DNA of 25,136 nucleotides from Methanomicrobia archaeon (GTDB lineage: Archaea; Methanobacteriota_B; Thermococci; Methanofastidiosales; B48-G16). Positions 1 to 7,626 of the stretch are shown here, one piece after another; the stretch's first letter is position 1; the number at the start of each line of letters is the position of its first letter. A program made the position numbers and the translations under genes. The stretch is from contig JAGGSA010000115.1 of NCBI GenBank assembly GCA_021159325.1, forward strand, positions 1 to 25,136. The letters run 5' to 3'. The notes under the pieces are model-generated. The model ran no database searches. It had not been told where the DNA came from and was given only the letters and a program-made list of their open reading frames with translations.

Positions 1-52
1 TCCCCGCCCCAAACCCCGTGTCCAAACCCCACAACCGCACTTTTTTTCTCCC
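1..52. other. GC-rich C4/G4-tract element (possible 3' end of a structured RNA or G-quadruplex motif) followed by a T7 oligo-T
   Basis: Plus strand tCCCCgCCCCaaaCCCCgtgtccaaaCCCCacaaccgcac TTTTTTT. Four C4 runs give four G4 runs on the minus strand. GC content is far above the local background. The element is truncated by the window edge. Confidence 0.3.
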
Positions 53-69
53 AGGATCGATCGGGAATA

Positions 70-561
70 TCATTGTTTGGCTACAAATCTTCCATCGTCT
101 TTTGATACAGGAAGTCTATGTATCCTTTTTTCAAGCCATCCTATTTTTTTAACTTCTCTCCTATCAAACTCAGGGACATAGGGTTTGATATCAAGAAGAG
201 GTGTTCCATCCACTATGTCCACATCTTGTATATATAGAATATTTTTATGTATCTTCATAAGCTTTACCGTTGAGATCCCTATGGGGTTGGGTCTACTTGG
301 GGCACGGGTTGCAAAAACTCCACGTATATGATTATCCATGTATGGTCTAACCCTTAATAGCGATTTTTTTGAGAGATGAAAATGATATATCAGTGTTATA
401 TAGGAGAAAGCTTCGAGATCTTTCAGACCCTCAGTATATTCTGGAAATACCTCTATCTCTCCTTCGATACCTCTGCCGGATGCAGGCTGAATCGGCGTTC
501 CCTTTGGTTCTTTAAATGGAGTATGAACGATTCCTATGGGGTTATACTTTATTTCATTCAT
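70..561 (-). CDS. TsaA/TrmO (YaeB, UPF0066) family SAM-dependent tRNA methyltransferase
   Basis: 163-aa ORF with ATG at 559-561 (minus). The N-terminal IGIVHTPF...GxG and PNPIG motifs and the ~160-aa size are typical of YaeB/TsaA beta-barrel methyltransferases. A TATA-like TTTATATAT on the minus strand (589-597) sits ~27 nt upstream of the ATG, consistent with a leaderless start. Confidence 0.7.
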   Translation of the reverse strand: MNEIKYNPIGIVHTPFKEPKGTPIQPASGRGIEGEIEVFPEYTEGLKDLEAFSYITLIYHFHLSKKSLLRVRPYMDNHIRGVFATRAPSRPNPIGISTVKLMKIHKNILYIQDVDIVDGTPLLDIKPYVPEFDRREVKKIGWLEKRIHRLPVSKDDGRFVAKQ

Positions 562-588
562 ATCTTCTCACTTTTTGAGTTTAGTTTT

Positions 589-600
589 GATATATAAAAA
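589..600 (-). promoter_or_regulatory. TATA-like box for the TsaA-like gene (leaderless-type spacing)
   Basis: The plus-strand atatataaaaaa reads TTTTTTATATAT on the minus strand, centred ~27-30 nt upstream of the ATG at 561. This matches the archaeal TATA consensus TTTAWATA. Confidence 0.35.
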
Positions 601-696
601 ATTTGTGGCTACAGAGTCAGAGCATCCAGAACAAAGAAGAAAGTATCTCTTCTATTTCTTCAGAAAACCGGGGTTCAGTACAGAGACGTGTGACCG

Positions 697-714
697 AAAA
701 ATTAATAAATACAT
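697..714 (+). promoter_or_regulatory. Candidate BRE/TATA promoter for tRNA-Tyr
   Basis: A-rich purine tract (CGAAAA) is followed by TTAATAAATA, centred ~27 nt upstream of the mature tRNA 5' end at 733. Confidence 0.3.
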
Positions 715-732
715 TTGTAAAAGATCATTTTA

Positions 733-806
733 CCCGACGTGGCCTAGTCTGGTAGGGCAGCGGACTGTAGATCCGCGGATCGCTGGTTCAAATCCGGCCG
801 TCGGGA
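733..806 (+). tRNA. tRNA-Tyr (anticodon GTA)
   Basis: Manual cloverleaf fold. Acceptor CCCGACG/CGTCGGG with discriminator A. Anticodon stem GCGGA/TCCGC with 7-nt loop CT-GTA-GA. 5-nt variable loop. T-arm GCTGG-TTCAAAT-CCGGC. The C1-G72 pair is the archaeal/eukaryal tRNA-Tyr identity element. No intron; CCA not encoded. An oligo-T (CTTTTTA) follows immediately at 807-813. Confidence 0.85.
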
Positions 807-813
807 CTTTTTA
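807..813 (+). terminator. Oligo-T terminator after tRNA-Tyr
   Basis: A T5 run lies directly 3' of the tRNA. Archaeal RNA polymerases terminate at oligo-T. Confidence 0.35.
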
Positions 814-850
814 TAGCAAGATTTTTAAACTTATTTTTCATATATGTCTT

Positions 851-1039
851 ATGGTAGAACCACACAGGCACTGTTTGGTATGTGGAAAAGCAATTCCCAC
901 AGATAAAAATTTCTGTTCTGAGAAATGTGAGAGGTATTACGAAAAAAAGATTAAAACTCAGAAAAGATACTTTTATATTCTCATGGCATTACCGATAATT
1001 CTGATACTTCTTCTTTTTATTCTCGGCGGAGTGCAGTGA
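851..1039 (+). CDS. Small Zn-ribbon membrane protein (DUF2116-like: HRHCxxCG...FCSxxC + C-terminal TM helix)
   Basis: Internal ATG at 851 of track ORF 536..1039; the upstream part of that ORF overlaps the tRNA-Tyr gene and is rejected. The 62-aa product MVEPHRHCLVCGKAIPTDKNFCSEKCERYYEKK... has a CxxC...CxxxC Zn ribbon followed by a hydrophobic helix (YFYILMALPIILILLLFILGG). Confidence 0.5.
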   Translation: MVEPHRHCLVCGKAIPTDKNFCSEKCERYYEKKIKTQKRYFYILMALPIILILLLFILGGVQ

Positions 1040-1090
1040 TTATGGATTAACTTTATAAATATAGAATCTCTATTATAATATGTGAGAAAA

Positions 1091-2761
1091 ATGAAGAATT
1101 ACAAGCTGGGACTTGTTATGATTGTATTTTTAGTTTTGGCAGGAATGAAAGTTCCTGTGAGATCATCTGTTATTAAGGTGCCGGATGATTATCCCACGAT
1201 AAATGAGGCTATTTCAAGTGCTATTGAGGGAGATACAATAAAAATAAAAGGAGAATATACAGAAAATGTTACCGTAGATAAGAGATTGACAATAGAGGGA
1301 GAAAATGCGGTGATCAATGGTAAGGTAGTTATAGATGCCAAAAATGTAAAAATCTCCAAAATAACGATCAGAGATGCCATTGAGGGCGTTGAAGTTACTT
1401 CCTCCGGAAGCGGGATACTCTATTCCATTAAAATTGAAAACTGTACATACGGTATAAAGATGATTAAGAGTGGGAGAATAGATCTTCACAATGGCATATT
1501 CAGGAACTGTGAATACGGTGTATACGGTGAGAAGCTCACAGGAGTTCTCATAGATAATTCAGAGTTTTCAGAAAATGAAAATGCTCTTTATTTTCTGAAT
1601 GTATCTGGATGTTCAGTAGCAAATTCAAAGATCGAGAACTCAACAACAGGTTTTTATGTTTCTCTATCTCCATATGTCTCCATCTCTAGGAATATTATCA
1701 CTGATTGCGAGAAAGGAATAGTTTTAGAAAATTCCAATGGAGATATTAAAGATAATTTCCTGAAAAACAATGATAATATAGATATAAGCTATATGAAAGA
1801 TTCTGAAATTACAGGAAACACGATACAGGATGGTAATACTGGAATTCTGATGGAATACTCCTCTGGAAATGAGATAAGTGGAAATAGAATCAAAAATGTA
1901 GAGTCTTATGGTATAAGAATTATGTATCAGTCTGAAAATTGCAACCTTTATAACAATATAATTTATTACAACTCAGAGGGAATAGCGGTGCTTGCAGGAT
2001 GTAAGAATATTAAAATAGTAAATAATACGCTGTACTCAAACTCTGACAAAAATATATGGGTTTATGATTCGCAAAATATACTTATCCAGAACAATATTAT
2101 AGCAAAGGGCAATTATGGAATATACTCTCAGCAGGCAACACTGGACATAGATTACAATGATTTCTGGAACAACAAGAATAATATATTTGGAGCAGATGTT
2201 GGAAATTACAATATATTCCAGGATCCGATGTTTTTGAACGTAGAGAAAGAGAACTTTAAATTGAATATAAATTCTCCATGTGTGGATTTTGGGAAGTTGC
2301 AGGATTCTCCTGGCTCAGACTTTGAGGGAAAGAAAAGGCCCTACAGCAAGGGAGTGGATCTGGGAGCTTATGAGGTGGCGAGTATACAGATTACCCTTGT
2401 TGCAAATACAGTGGATTATGGACTTGCGAGTGAGTTTATAGAGTTTCTGAAGATGAACAATGTCATGATAACAGAGATCTCAGCACCGGATTTCCCGGAT
2501 CATCAGAGTGATAAAATCATCATCATTCTTGGAGGTCCAGATGCATACGATGGAATAGGGTTTATCGTCAAGAATGTTCTGGATTCCAATGAGATAGATC
2601 TCCTCAGGGAGGAGGGTAGTTCTGCCATGTTCATAAAAACGAATGTGTGGAGAGATGGTCAGCTGATAATAGTACTTGCAGGAAATGATAGAGACCTCAC
2701 AAGAAAGGCATGGATGGATAATAAGGAAAATGTTTTTACTCAGATGAAAGAATGGATCTAA
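1091..2761 (+). CDS. Secreted/surface right-handed parallel beta-helix repeat protein (pectin-lyase fold, NosD/PbH1-like) with a distinct C-terminal domain
   Basis: The track ORF begins at a GTG (1082); the ATG at 1091 gives MKNYKLGLVMIVFLVLAGM... (signal peptide or N-terminal anchor). There are >10 imperfect ~22-aa repeats with the N/D-x-I-x-x-N pattern characteristic of PbH1 beta-helix turns. Many N-x-S/T sequons suggest archaeal N-glycosylation. The C-terminal ~150 aa (ITLVANTVDYG...IIIILGGPDAYDG...) is non-repetitive. Confidence 0.65.
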   Translation: MKNYKLGLVMIVFLVLAGMKVPVRSSVIKVPDDYPTINEAISSAIEGDTIKIKGEYTENVTVDKRLTIEGENAVINGKVVIDAKNVKISKITIRDAIEGVEVTSSGSGILYSIKIENCTYGIKMIKSGRIDLHNGIFRNCEYGVYGEKLTGVLIDNSEFSENENALYFLNVSGCSVANSKIENSTTGFYVSLSPYVSISRNIITDCEKGIVLENSNGDIKDNFLKNNDNIDISYMKDSEITGNTIQDGNTGILMEYSSGNEISGNRIKNVESYGIRIMYQSENCNLYNNIIYYNSEGIAVLAGCKNIKIVNNTLYSNSDKNIWVYDSQNILIQNNIIAKGNYGIYSQQATLDIDYNDFWNNKNNIFGADVGNYNIFQDPMFLNVEKENFKLNINSPCVDFGKLQDSPGSDFEGKKRPYSKGVDLGAYEVASIQITLVANTVDYGLASEFIEFLKMNNVMITEISAPDFPDHQSDKIIIILGGPDAYDGIGFIVKNVLDSNEIDLLREEGSSAMFIKTNVWRDGQLIIVLAGNDRDLTRKAWMDNKENVFTQMKEWI

Positions 2762-2762
2762 A

Positions 2763-2835
2763 GGACCCGTAGTCTAGTGGACAAGGCGCGAGGCTTCGGA
2801 CCTCGTTTCCGCGGGTTCGAATCCCGCCGGGTCCG
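2763..2835 (+). tRNA. tRNA-Arg (anticodon TCG)
   Basis: Manual fold. Acceptor GGACCCG/CGGGTCC with discriminator G. D-stem GTCT/AGGC (one G-U). Anticodon stem CGAGG/CCTCG with loop CT-TCG-GA. T-arm GCGGG-TTCGAAT-CCCGC. It starts 2 nt after the stop of the beta-helix gene. Confidence 0.85.
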
Positions 2836-2840
2836 CTCAC

Positions 2841-3584
2841 TTACTGTTTTGGGAACTTTATGGTGATACCGTCACTTCCTATTATTGTATTTCCAAAGTT
2901 CTCGACTATCATCTTTACAAGACTCAGGTCTACATCCATGTCTACCCCTGTAAAGTTGAGATATGTGTTATCAGAATCTTCATAGGAGCTTATCTCCAAG
3001 GTTTTACCTGAAGAGAGTAGCATTTCAAATGCATCAGAGATAAGAGGTGTAGCTTTCACTGTAAGATCCTTTTTTACATCTATATCTATCTTTTTCTTCC
3101 CTCTGTATTTCTTCTCCATCTCCAGAAGCATCTCGCCTATGTTTATATCTCTTATCTTATAATTTTCCATATTTTTTATTCTTTTTAGAGTTTCTATTGC
3201 ATTACCACTAGTTTTTATAGTGCTTATAACTCTTTTTAGATAATCTTTTCCTCTGTCGCTTATTTCTTCCCTTTCCAGCATATTCAGGTATCCTAAGGCA
3301 ATCTGATTTAGATTGTTCAGATTATGAGAGATGATCTCATCTATAATCTCTGATCTTTCTCTTTTATACCTTTTAACTACCTCTTCTGTCCCTGACTCCT
3401 CTCCAAGAATATAACTTCCTATGAAAACATTAAAGATTATCATTAAAAATAATGTGGTGACTATCAGATATCTATCTACCAGATTAGCCTGAGAATAGAG
3501 ACCCTGTCCGATAAATGAAGCCAGTATCGTATAATATAAAACTGAAATAATTAAAGCAGCGTATCCTACAATCTTTCTATCCAT
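2841..3584 (-). CDS. Membrane-anchored sensor histidine kinase-like protein (two N-terminal TM helices, HisKA-like H-box, degenerate ATPase domain)
   Basis: 247 aa with ATG at 3582-3584. Two hydrophobic helices in the first ~60 aa. The H-box-like IISHNLNNLNQIALGYLNML resembles the SHELRTPL consensus. The C-terminal region is weakly HATPase-like, with no clean G1/G2 boxes. Confidence 0.4.
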   Translation of the reverse strand: MDRKIVGYAALIISVLYYTILASFIGQGLYSQANLVDRYLIVTTLFLMIIFNVFIGSYILGEESGTEEVVKRYKRERSEIIDEIISHNLNNLNQIALGYLNMLEREEISDRGKDYLKRVISTIKTSGNAIETLKRIKNMENYKIRDINIGEMLLEMEKKYRGKKKIDIDVKKDLTVKATPLISDAFEMLLSSGKTLEISSYEDSDNTYLNFTGVDMDVDLSLVKMIVENFGNTIIGSDGITIKFPKQ

Positions 3585-3665
3585 ATTATTTAATCATATG
3601 CTTTGAATAAAAAGTTTTTGCCAGTTCTGAAAAAATATTAAAAACTTATATGATATAGATATAGT

Positions 3666-4013
3666 ATGTTTGAATTTGAGTATTCTCCACATAAAAAAGG
3701 CATAGAAAAGATCTTGAGCCCCATGGAAAGTGAGATTATGGAGATAATGTGGAGAAAAAAAATGGCTACAGCAAAAGAAGTATTTTCATCTCTCAAAAAA
3801 GGAAAGAGATCGAGTATAAGCATAATTCTTCAGAGATTATGTGAAAAAGGACTTTTATCCAGGAAAGAAGAAATAGCAAAGGGGGGTAAGAGATATATTT
3901 ATTCTGTGAAAATTGATAGGGAAACTTTTGAAAAATATGTGGTAAAAACTGTGATCGATTCGCTGATAGAGTCTTTTGGAGAGGGTGTCAGGGATTATCT
4001 AAAGCAGATCTAG
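3666..4013 (+). CDS. BlaI/MecI/CopY (penicillinase-repressor) family winged-helix transcriptional repressor
   Basis: 115 aa. The LSPMESEIMEIMWRKKMATAKEV... N-terminal wHTH followed by a dimerisation helix is the hallmark of the BlaI/CopY family. Its start is divergent from the HK-like gene. Its 3' end overlaps the convergent AK6 gene by 15 nt. Confidence 0.65.
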   Translation: MFEFEYSPHKKGIEKILSPMESEIMEIMWRKKMATAKEVFSSLKKGKRSSISIILQRLCEKGLLSRKEEIAKGGKRYIYSVKIDRETFEKYVVKTVIDSLIESFGEGVRDYLKQI

Positions 4014-4529
4014 ATTTTTCTCAGTTAAATATCGACATGTGGGTTTAAATGCTATACTTTCCTCCACGCTCCTGTTTTTTATCAACTCTATCATTTTTTC
4101 AACTGTTTTTTCTATGGAGAGATTTTCTATTTCGAAGACAATGGTGTGATCGTTATTCTGAGCTGCAGAGATAAGACAGGAATCCAGTATCTCTGCTAAG
4201 AGATTCTCTCTGACCTTTTTTTCACTAAATTTCTTTTTTAGCCTTTCCTTTAAGATCTCTGGAGGGCATCTCAGAACAAAGACGATATCGGGATCCAGAA
4301 GTTCAGAGTAGTGTCCGTCAAGAACGATATTATCAAGATCTTTCAGAAGTTTTTTCAGTTTTTTCTCATCCACAACATCTGTTTTTCTCTCCGGGTCTTT
4401 TTTTATTATCAGATTGTTTTTTTCTGCGAAATTACCTATATCGATATATCCATAATTCAGTATCTCAGCAATTTTTTTTGATATCGTTGATTTACCTGTG
4501 CAAGGAGTGCCTGTAACAGCGATCCTCAT
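3999..4529 (-). CDS. Archaeal AK6/Fap7-type putative adenylate kinase (P-loop NTPase)
   Basis: Start chosen at the internal ATG 4527-4529 (MRIAVTGTPCTGKSTISKKIAE...), the canonical N-terminus of COG1936 kinases. The Walker A motif is GTPCTGKS. The 22-aa N-terminal extension in the track ORF is probably untranslated. Confidence 0.7.
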   Translation of the reverse strand: MRIAVTGTPCTGKSTISKKIAEILNYGYIDIGNFAEKNNLIIKKDPERKTDVVDEKKLKKLLKDLDNIVLDGHYSELLDPDIVFVLRCPPEILKERLKKKFSEKKVRENLLAEILDSCLISAAQNNDHTIVFEIENLSIEKTVEKMIELIKNRSVEESIAFKPTCRYLTEKNLDLL

Positions 4530-4643
4530 ACGATAGTATTTGATTCTATTTTTAATAAATCTTTGTTTATTCTTAAAATAAATTACAGGTGTCACTAACC
4601 TCAGAGGAAAAGATATTTAAACATAGGTCTATGAAAATGATAT

Positions 4644-4901
4644 ATGAATGAGGATATAATGAAACTGCTCTTCAAAGAGAAGACGCTGAGGATATTTCTG
4701 AGTGTGGAAGAGGGGGAGTATGCAGCAAAGATAAGGAATAAAGCTGTTTGTATGTACAGTTATGTGATCTCATGCCTCAGGAAGTTTGAGGAGTTAGGAT
4801 TAATTGAGTCTCAGAAAGAGGGAAGGATAAAGAGGTATAAGTTAACAGAAAAGGGAAAAATAATAGCGAGTAAAATAAAAGATTTACTTGATATCAAATA
4901 A
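4644..4901 (+). CDS. Small winged helix-turn-helix DNA-binding protein (ArsR/MarR/TrmB-like)
   Basis: 85 aa. A predicted HTH (YSYVISCLRKFEELGLIE) followed by a basic wing (KEGRIKRYKLTEKG). The start could alternatively be the ATG at 4659. Confidence 0.45.
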   Translation: MNEDIMKLLFKEKTLRIFLSVEEGEYAAKIRNKAVCMYSYVISCLRKFEELGLIESQKEGRIKRYKLTEKGKIIASKIKDLLDIK

Positions 4902-6162
4902 AAGATTTAAATTTTCTACCAGCATAAATAGAAAATTCGTTTTCTTCCTCTATTTTGAGTAATCTGTTATATTTAGCTACTCTTTCCCCTCTGCATGGCG
5001 CACCGGTCTTTATCTGTCCTGAGTTTAAGGCTACACTTATATCTGCTATGCTTGTGTCAACTGTCTCTCCCGATCTGTGTGAAACAACAACATTGTATTT
5101 ATTCTTTAAGGCAAGTTCTGCTGCTTCCATGGCTTCTGTTATGCTCCCTATCTGATTTATTTTTAGCAGTAAAGCATTGCATAATTTTTTCTCTATTCCC
5201 ATTCTCAGCAACTCTGGATTTGTGACAAAGATATCGTCACCAACGATCTGGATCTTCATCTCCTCTGTGATCACTTCGAAGCCTTCATAATCCTCCTCGT
5301 AGAATGGATCCTCTATGGATACTATATTATACTTTGAAACAAGCTCTTTATATAACTCAAGTAGCTCCATATTCGTGTATTCTTTTTCACTGATTGTGTA
5401 CTTTTCTGTTTTTTTATTATAGAAATATGAGGGAGCGGAATCAATGGCGAATCTTATATTTTTATCGTATCCGAGATTTTCCATAGCCTTCAGTATCATC
5501 TCAAAAGGTTCCTCTATGTCGCTCATTGGTGGTGCAAATCCTCCTTCATCTCCTATGTTTATCGCAGTTTTTCCATATTTCTCTTTCAGAACATTTTTAA
5601 GCTCATGATAGACCTCTGTTCCAACTCTTAAGGCTTCTTTAAAGCTCTCAAGATTAACGGGAAGTATCATGAACTCCTGAAACTCCAAGGAGTTTCCTGC
5701 ATGGGCACCACCATTGATTATATTCATCATTGGTATTGGAAGGAGATAACTGTTTGGATTCAGATATCTGTACAGAGGGAGTCCAAGAGAGGATGCAGCT
5801 GCTCTTGCACACGCTAAGGAGACGCTCAATATAGCGTTGGCACCTAAATTAGATTTATTTCTGGTATTATCCATCTCAAGCATAAAGAAGTCTATTTTTC
5901 TCTGATCAAGCACATTTTCACCGATGAGTAAGGGGGCTATCCTTTCATTTACATTTTTTACGGCTTTTTTCACACCTTTTCCATGATATCTTTTATCACC
6001 GTCTCTCAGTTCAAGAGCCTCTTTTTCTCCAGTAGATGCACCCGAAGGCACCATTGCAGTTTCAGATGCAAACTCTGTATCGATCTCACATTCTATGGTC
6101 GGATTTCCTCTTGAATCCAGAATTTCTCTTGCTCTAATATCAATTATGGTAATTTCATCCAT
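4894..6162 (-). CDS. eno: Enolase (phosphopyruvate hydratase)
   Basis: Start at ATG 6160-6162 (MDEITIIDIRAREILDSRGNPTIECEI..., the canonical enolase N-terminus). Conserved catalytic regions are present (SGASTG, IEDPF, metal-binding D/E), ~422 aa. The upstream 21 codons of the track ORF overlap the SPFH gene and are rejected. Confidence 0.95.
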   Translation of the reverse strand: MDEITIIDIRAREILDSRGNPTIECEIDTEFASETAMVPSGASTGEKEALELRDGDKRYHGKGVKKAVKNVNERIAPLLIGENVLDQRKIDFFMLEMDNTRNKSNLGANAILSVSLACARAAASSLGLPLYRYLNPNSYLLPIPMMNIINGGAHAGNSLEFQEFMILPVNLESFKEALRVGTEVYHELKNVLKEKYGKTAINIGDEGGFAPPMSDIEEPFEMILKAMENLGYDKNIRFAIDSAPSYFYNKKTEKYTISEKEYTNMELLELYKELVSKYNIVSIEDPFYEEDYEGFEVITEEMKIQIVGDDIFVTNPELLRMGIEKKLCNALLLKINQIGSITEAMEAAELALKNKYNVVVSHRSGETVDTSIADISVALNSGQIKTGAPCRGERVAKYNRLLKIEEENEFSIYAGRKFKSFI

Positions 6163-6208
6163 GGTATCACTTTTCAGATGACATATTAAAAAATTTTCTA
6201 TTTTCTGA

Positions 6209-7177
6209 TCAAACCTTCTCCCCACAGTTTGGACAGTACTTACTACCAGCTGGTATCTCTGCTCCGCATTTCTTGCATTTTATCTTGGCTTTTGGCATGG
6301 AAAGTTTGTATCCACAGTTAGGACAGAATTTTGAGTTCCTGGGTACCTGATACCCGCAGTTCGGGCATACTACTGTTGCAACACCTGCTGCCTGTGGCGT
6401 CAGGAGATTTGATACTCCCTGCATTGCATAGGGTATGGCCATGAATCCAGCACCCATCGCAGCTCCGCCACCCTTTGTCTCTTTTATAGCCTCAGCAAAC
6501 TTCTCTGCTATCTCCTTTCCCACCAACTGTTCAGGTGTAACGCCTCTCTGCAGATAGAATAACTTGTTTTTATACTCATCGGGAATTGTTACTCCTTCTA
6601 TCTTCAGATCCACCATATCTATTCCGAATCTTTCAAAGTCTCCTCTCAGTCTTGTCTTTATAAACAGAGATGTCTCAGATGTCTGCTGATATACGTTGTA
6701 GGATGTCTGTTCAGCAAGATTGTCGATGAATTTTTCAATGATGAATGCTTCCACAAACTCCTTAACGTCCTCTTTGGTAAACTTGCCAAGATTTCCAACG
6801 ATCTCTATCACAAAAAGCTTGGGGTCAGAGATCTGTATATAGCATCTACCAAATGCTCCACACGGCACCATATCTCTCAGCATGACCTTCTGTTTTGTTC
6901 CAAACTTGAACTCTATCTTTGATGTGTTTACGAAGACAACTTCTGCTGTGAAAGGTGTCCTCCCCTGAAAAAATACCTTATATGCATTGAAAAGTAAAGG
7001 TATATTCAGAGTTGTCAGGGTATGTCTTCCGGGACCCAGAACGTCATAAGCCTTTCCATCTCTGAAGAATACAGCCTGCTGGTTTTCCCTCACTATCAGC
7101 TGATCTCCCAAGGTGATCTCTCCTCTGTATGCATGAATAAGATCATTATTCATGCCTCTCCAGTCTATAACTCTCAT
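6209..7177 (-). CDS. SPFH/band-7 (stomatin-prohibitin family, COG4260-like) protein with two C-terminal Zn-ribbons
   Basis: 322 aa. The N-terminal IDWRG...LGDQLIVRENQQAVFFRDGKAYDVLGPGRHTLTTLNIP matches the SPFH fold of COG4260-type proteins. The C-terminus has two CPxCG-x(9-10)-CPNCG ribbons. Its ATG at 7175-7177 is directly abutted by the upstream stop codon (TAAATG). Confidence 0.7.
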   Translation of the reverse strand: MRVIDWRGMNNDLIHAYRGEITLGDQLIVRENQQAVFFRDGKAYDVLGPGRHTLTTLNIPLLFNAYKVFFQGRTPFTAEVVFVNTSKIEFKFGTKQKVMLRDMVPCGAFGRCYIQISDPKLFVIEIVGNLGKFTKEDVKEFVEAFIIEKFIDNLAEQTSYNVYQQTSETSLFIKTRLRGDFERFGIDMVDLKIEGVTIPDEYKNKLFYLQRGVTPEQLVGKEIAEKFAEAIKETKGGGAAMGAGFMAIPYAMQGVSNLLTPQAAGVATVVCPNCGYQVPRNSKFCPNCGYKLSMPKAKIKCKKCGAEIPAGSKYCPNCGEKV

Positions 7178-7618
7178 TTATTCACCCATCATATATTTTT
7201 TTCTCTTTTCAAACTCCTCTTCCAGAATTCTCAGATTCTTCAGGACATCCTTCGAATCTTCTCTCTCCTTTATCTCCTCTATTTTTTTCAGGATTTTTTC
7301 ATCGTATTCATACAGTCTGTCCAGTTCTTTCTCGTCTATATGCTCAAGATCAAAAAAACCTGCATATCCATAATCTGCATGCTCTATCTTGTCTATCAGT
7401 TTCTGGAGCTGTTTTATTATCTCCTCACATTTTCTCAGTTCATCAATGTTTTCAATCCCGTCTTCCATATACTCAAAATCCTTTTTTATATACTTCAATT
7501 CATCACATATTTTTGTTCTCAACAACTTGTCGCTTTCTCTTCTCAACTCTTTCTGTTTGTATCCCCTGAATCCAGGTATTAACAACTCTATATCCTCCAA
7601 AATTCTATGTTTTTCCAT
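7178..7618 (-). CDS. Highly charged coiled-coil protein (hypothetical)
   Basis: Start chosen at ATG 7616-7618 (MEKHRILEDIELL...) because AGGTGAT lies 5 nt upstream. The longer track start at 7666 would overlap the rSAM gene. 146 aa, K/E-rich heptad-like sequence. Confidence 0.5.
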   Translation of the reverse strand: MEKHRILEDIELLIPGFRGYKQKELRRESDKLLRTKICDELKYIKKDFEYMEDGIENIDELRKCEEIIKQLQKLIDKIEHADYGYAGFFDLEHIDEKELDRLYEYDEKILKKIEEIKEREDSKDVLKNLRILEEEFEKRKKYMMGE

Positions 7619-7626
7619 AAGATCAC

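Noticed and set aside
536-850. 5' two-thirds of track ORF 536..1039 (+)
   Set aside because: It runs straight through the tRNA-Tyr gene (733-806) and its promoter and has low-complexity composition. Only the 3' part from ATG 851 looks like a real small protein.
3999-4595. Full-length 198-aa version of the AK6-like ORF and the 6225 start for enolase
   Set aside because: The extensions add non-conserved low-complexity N-termini and overlap neighbouring genes. Canonical N-termini (MRIAVTGTP..., MDEITIIDIR...) begin at internal ATGs.
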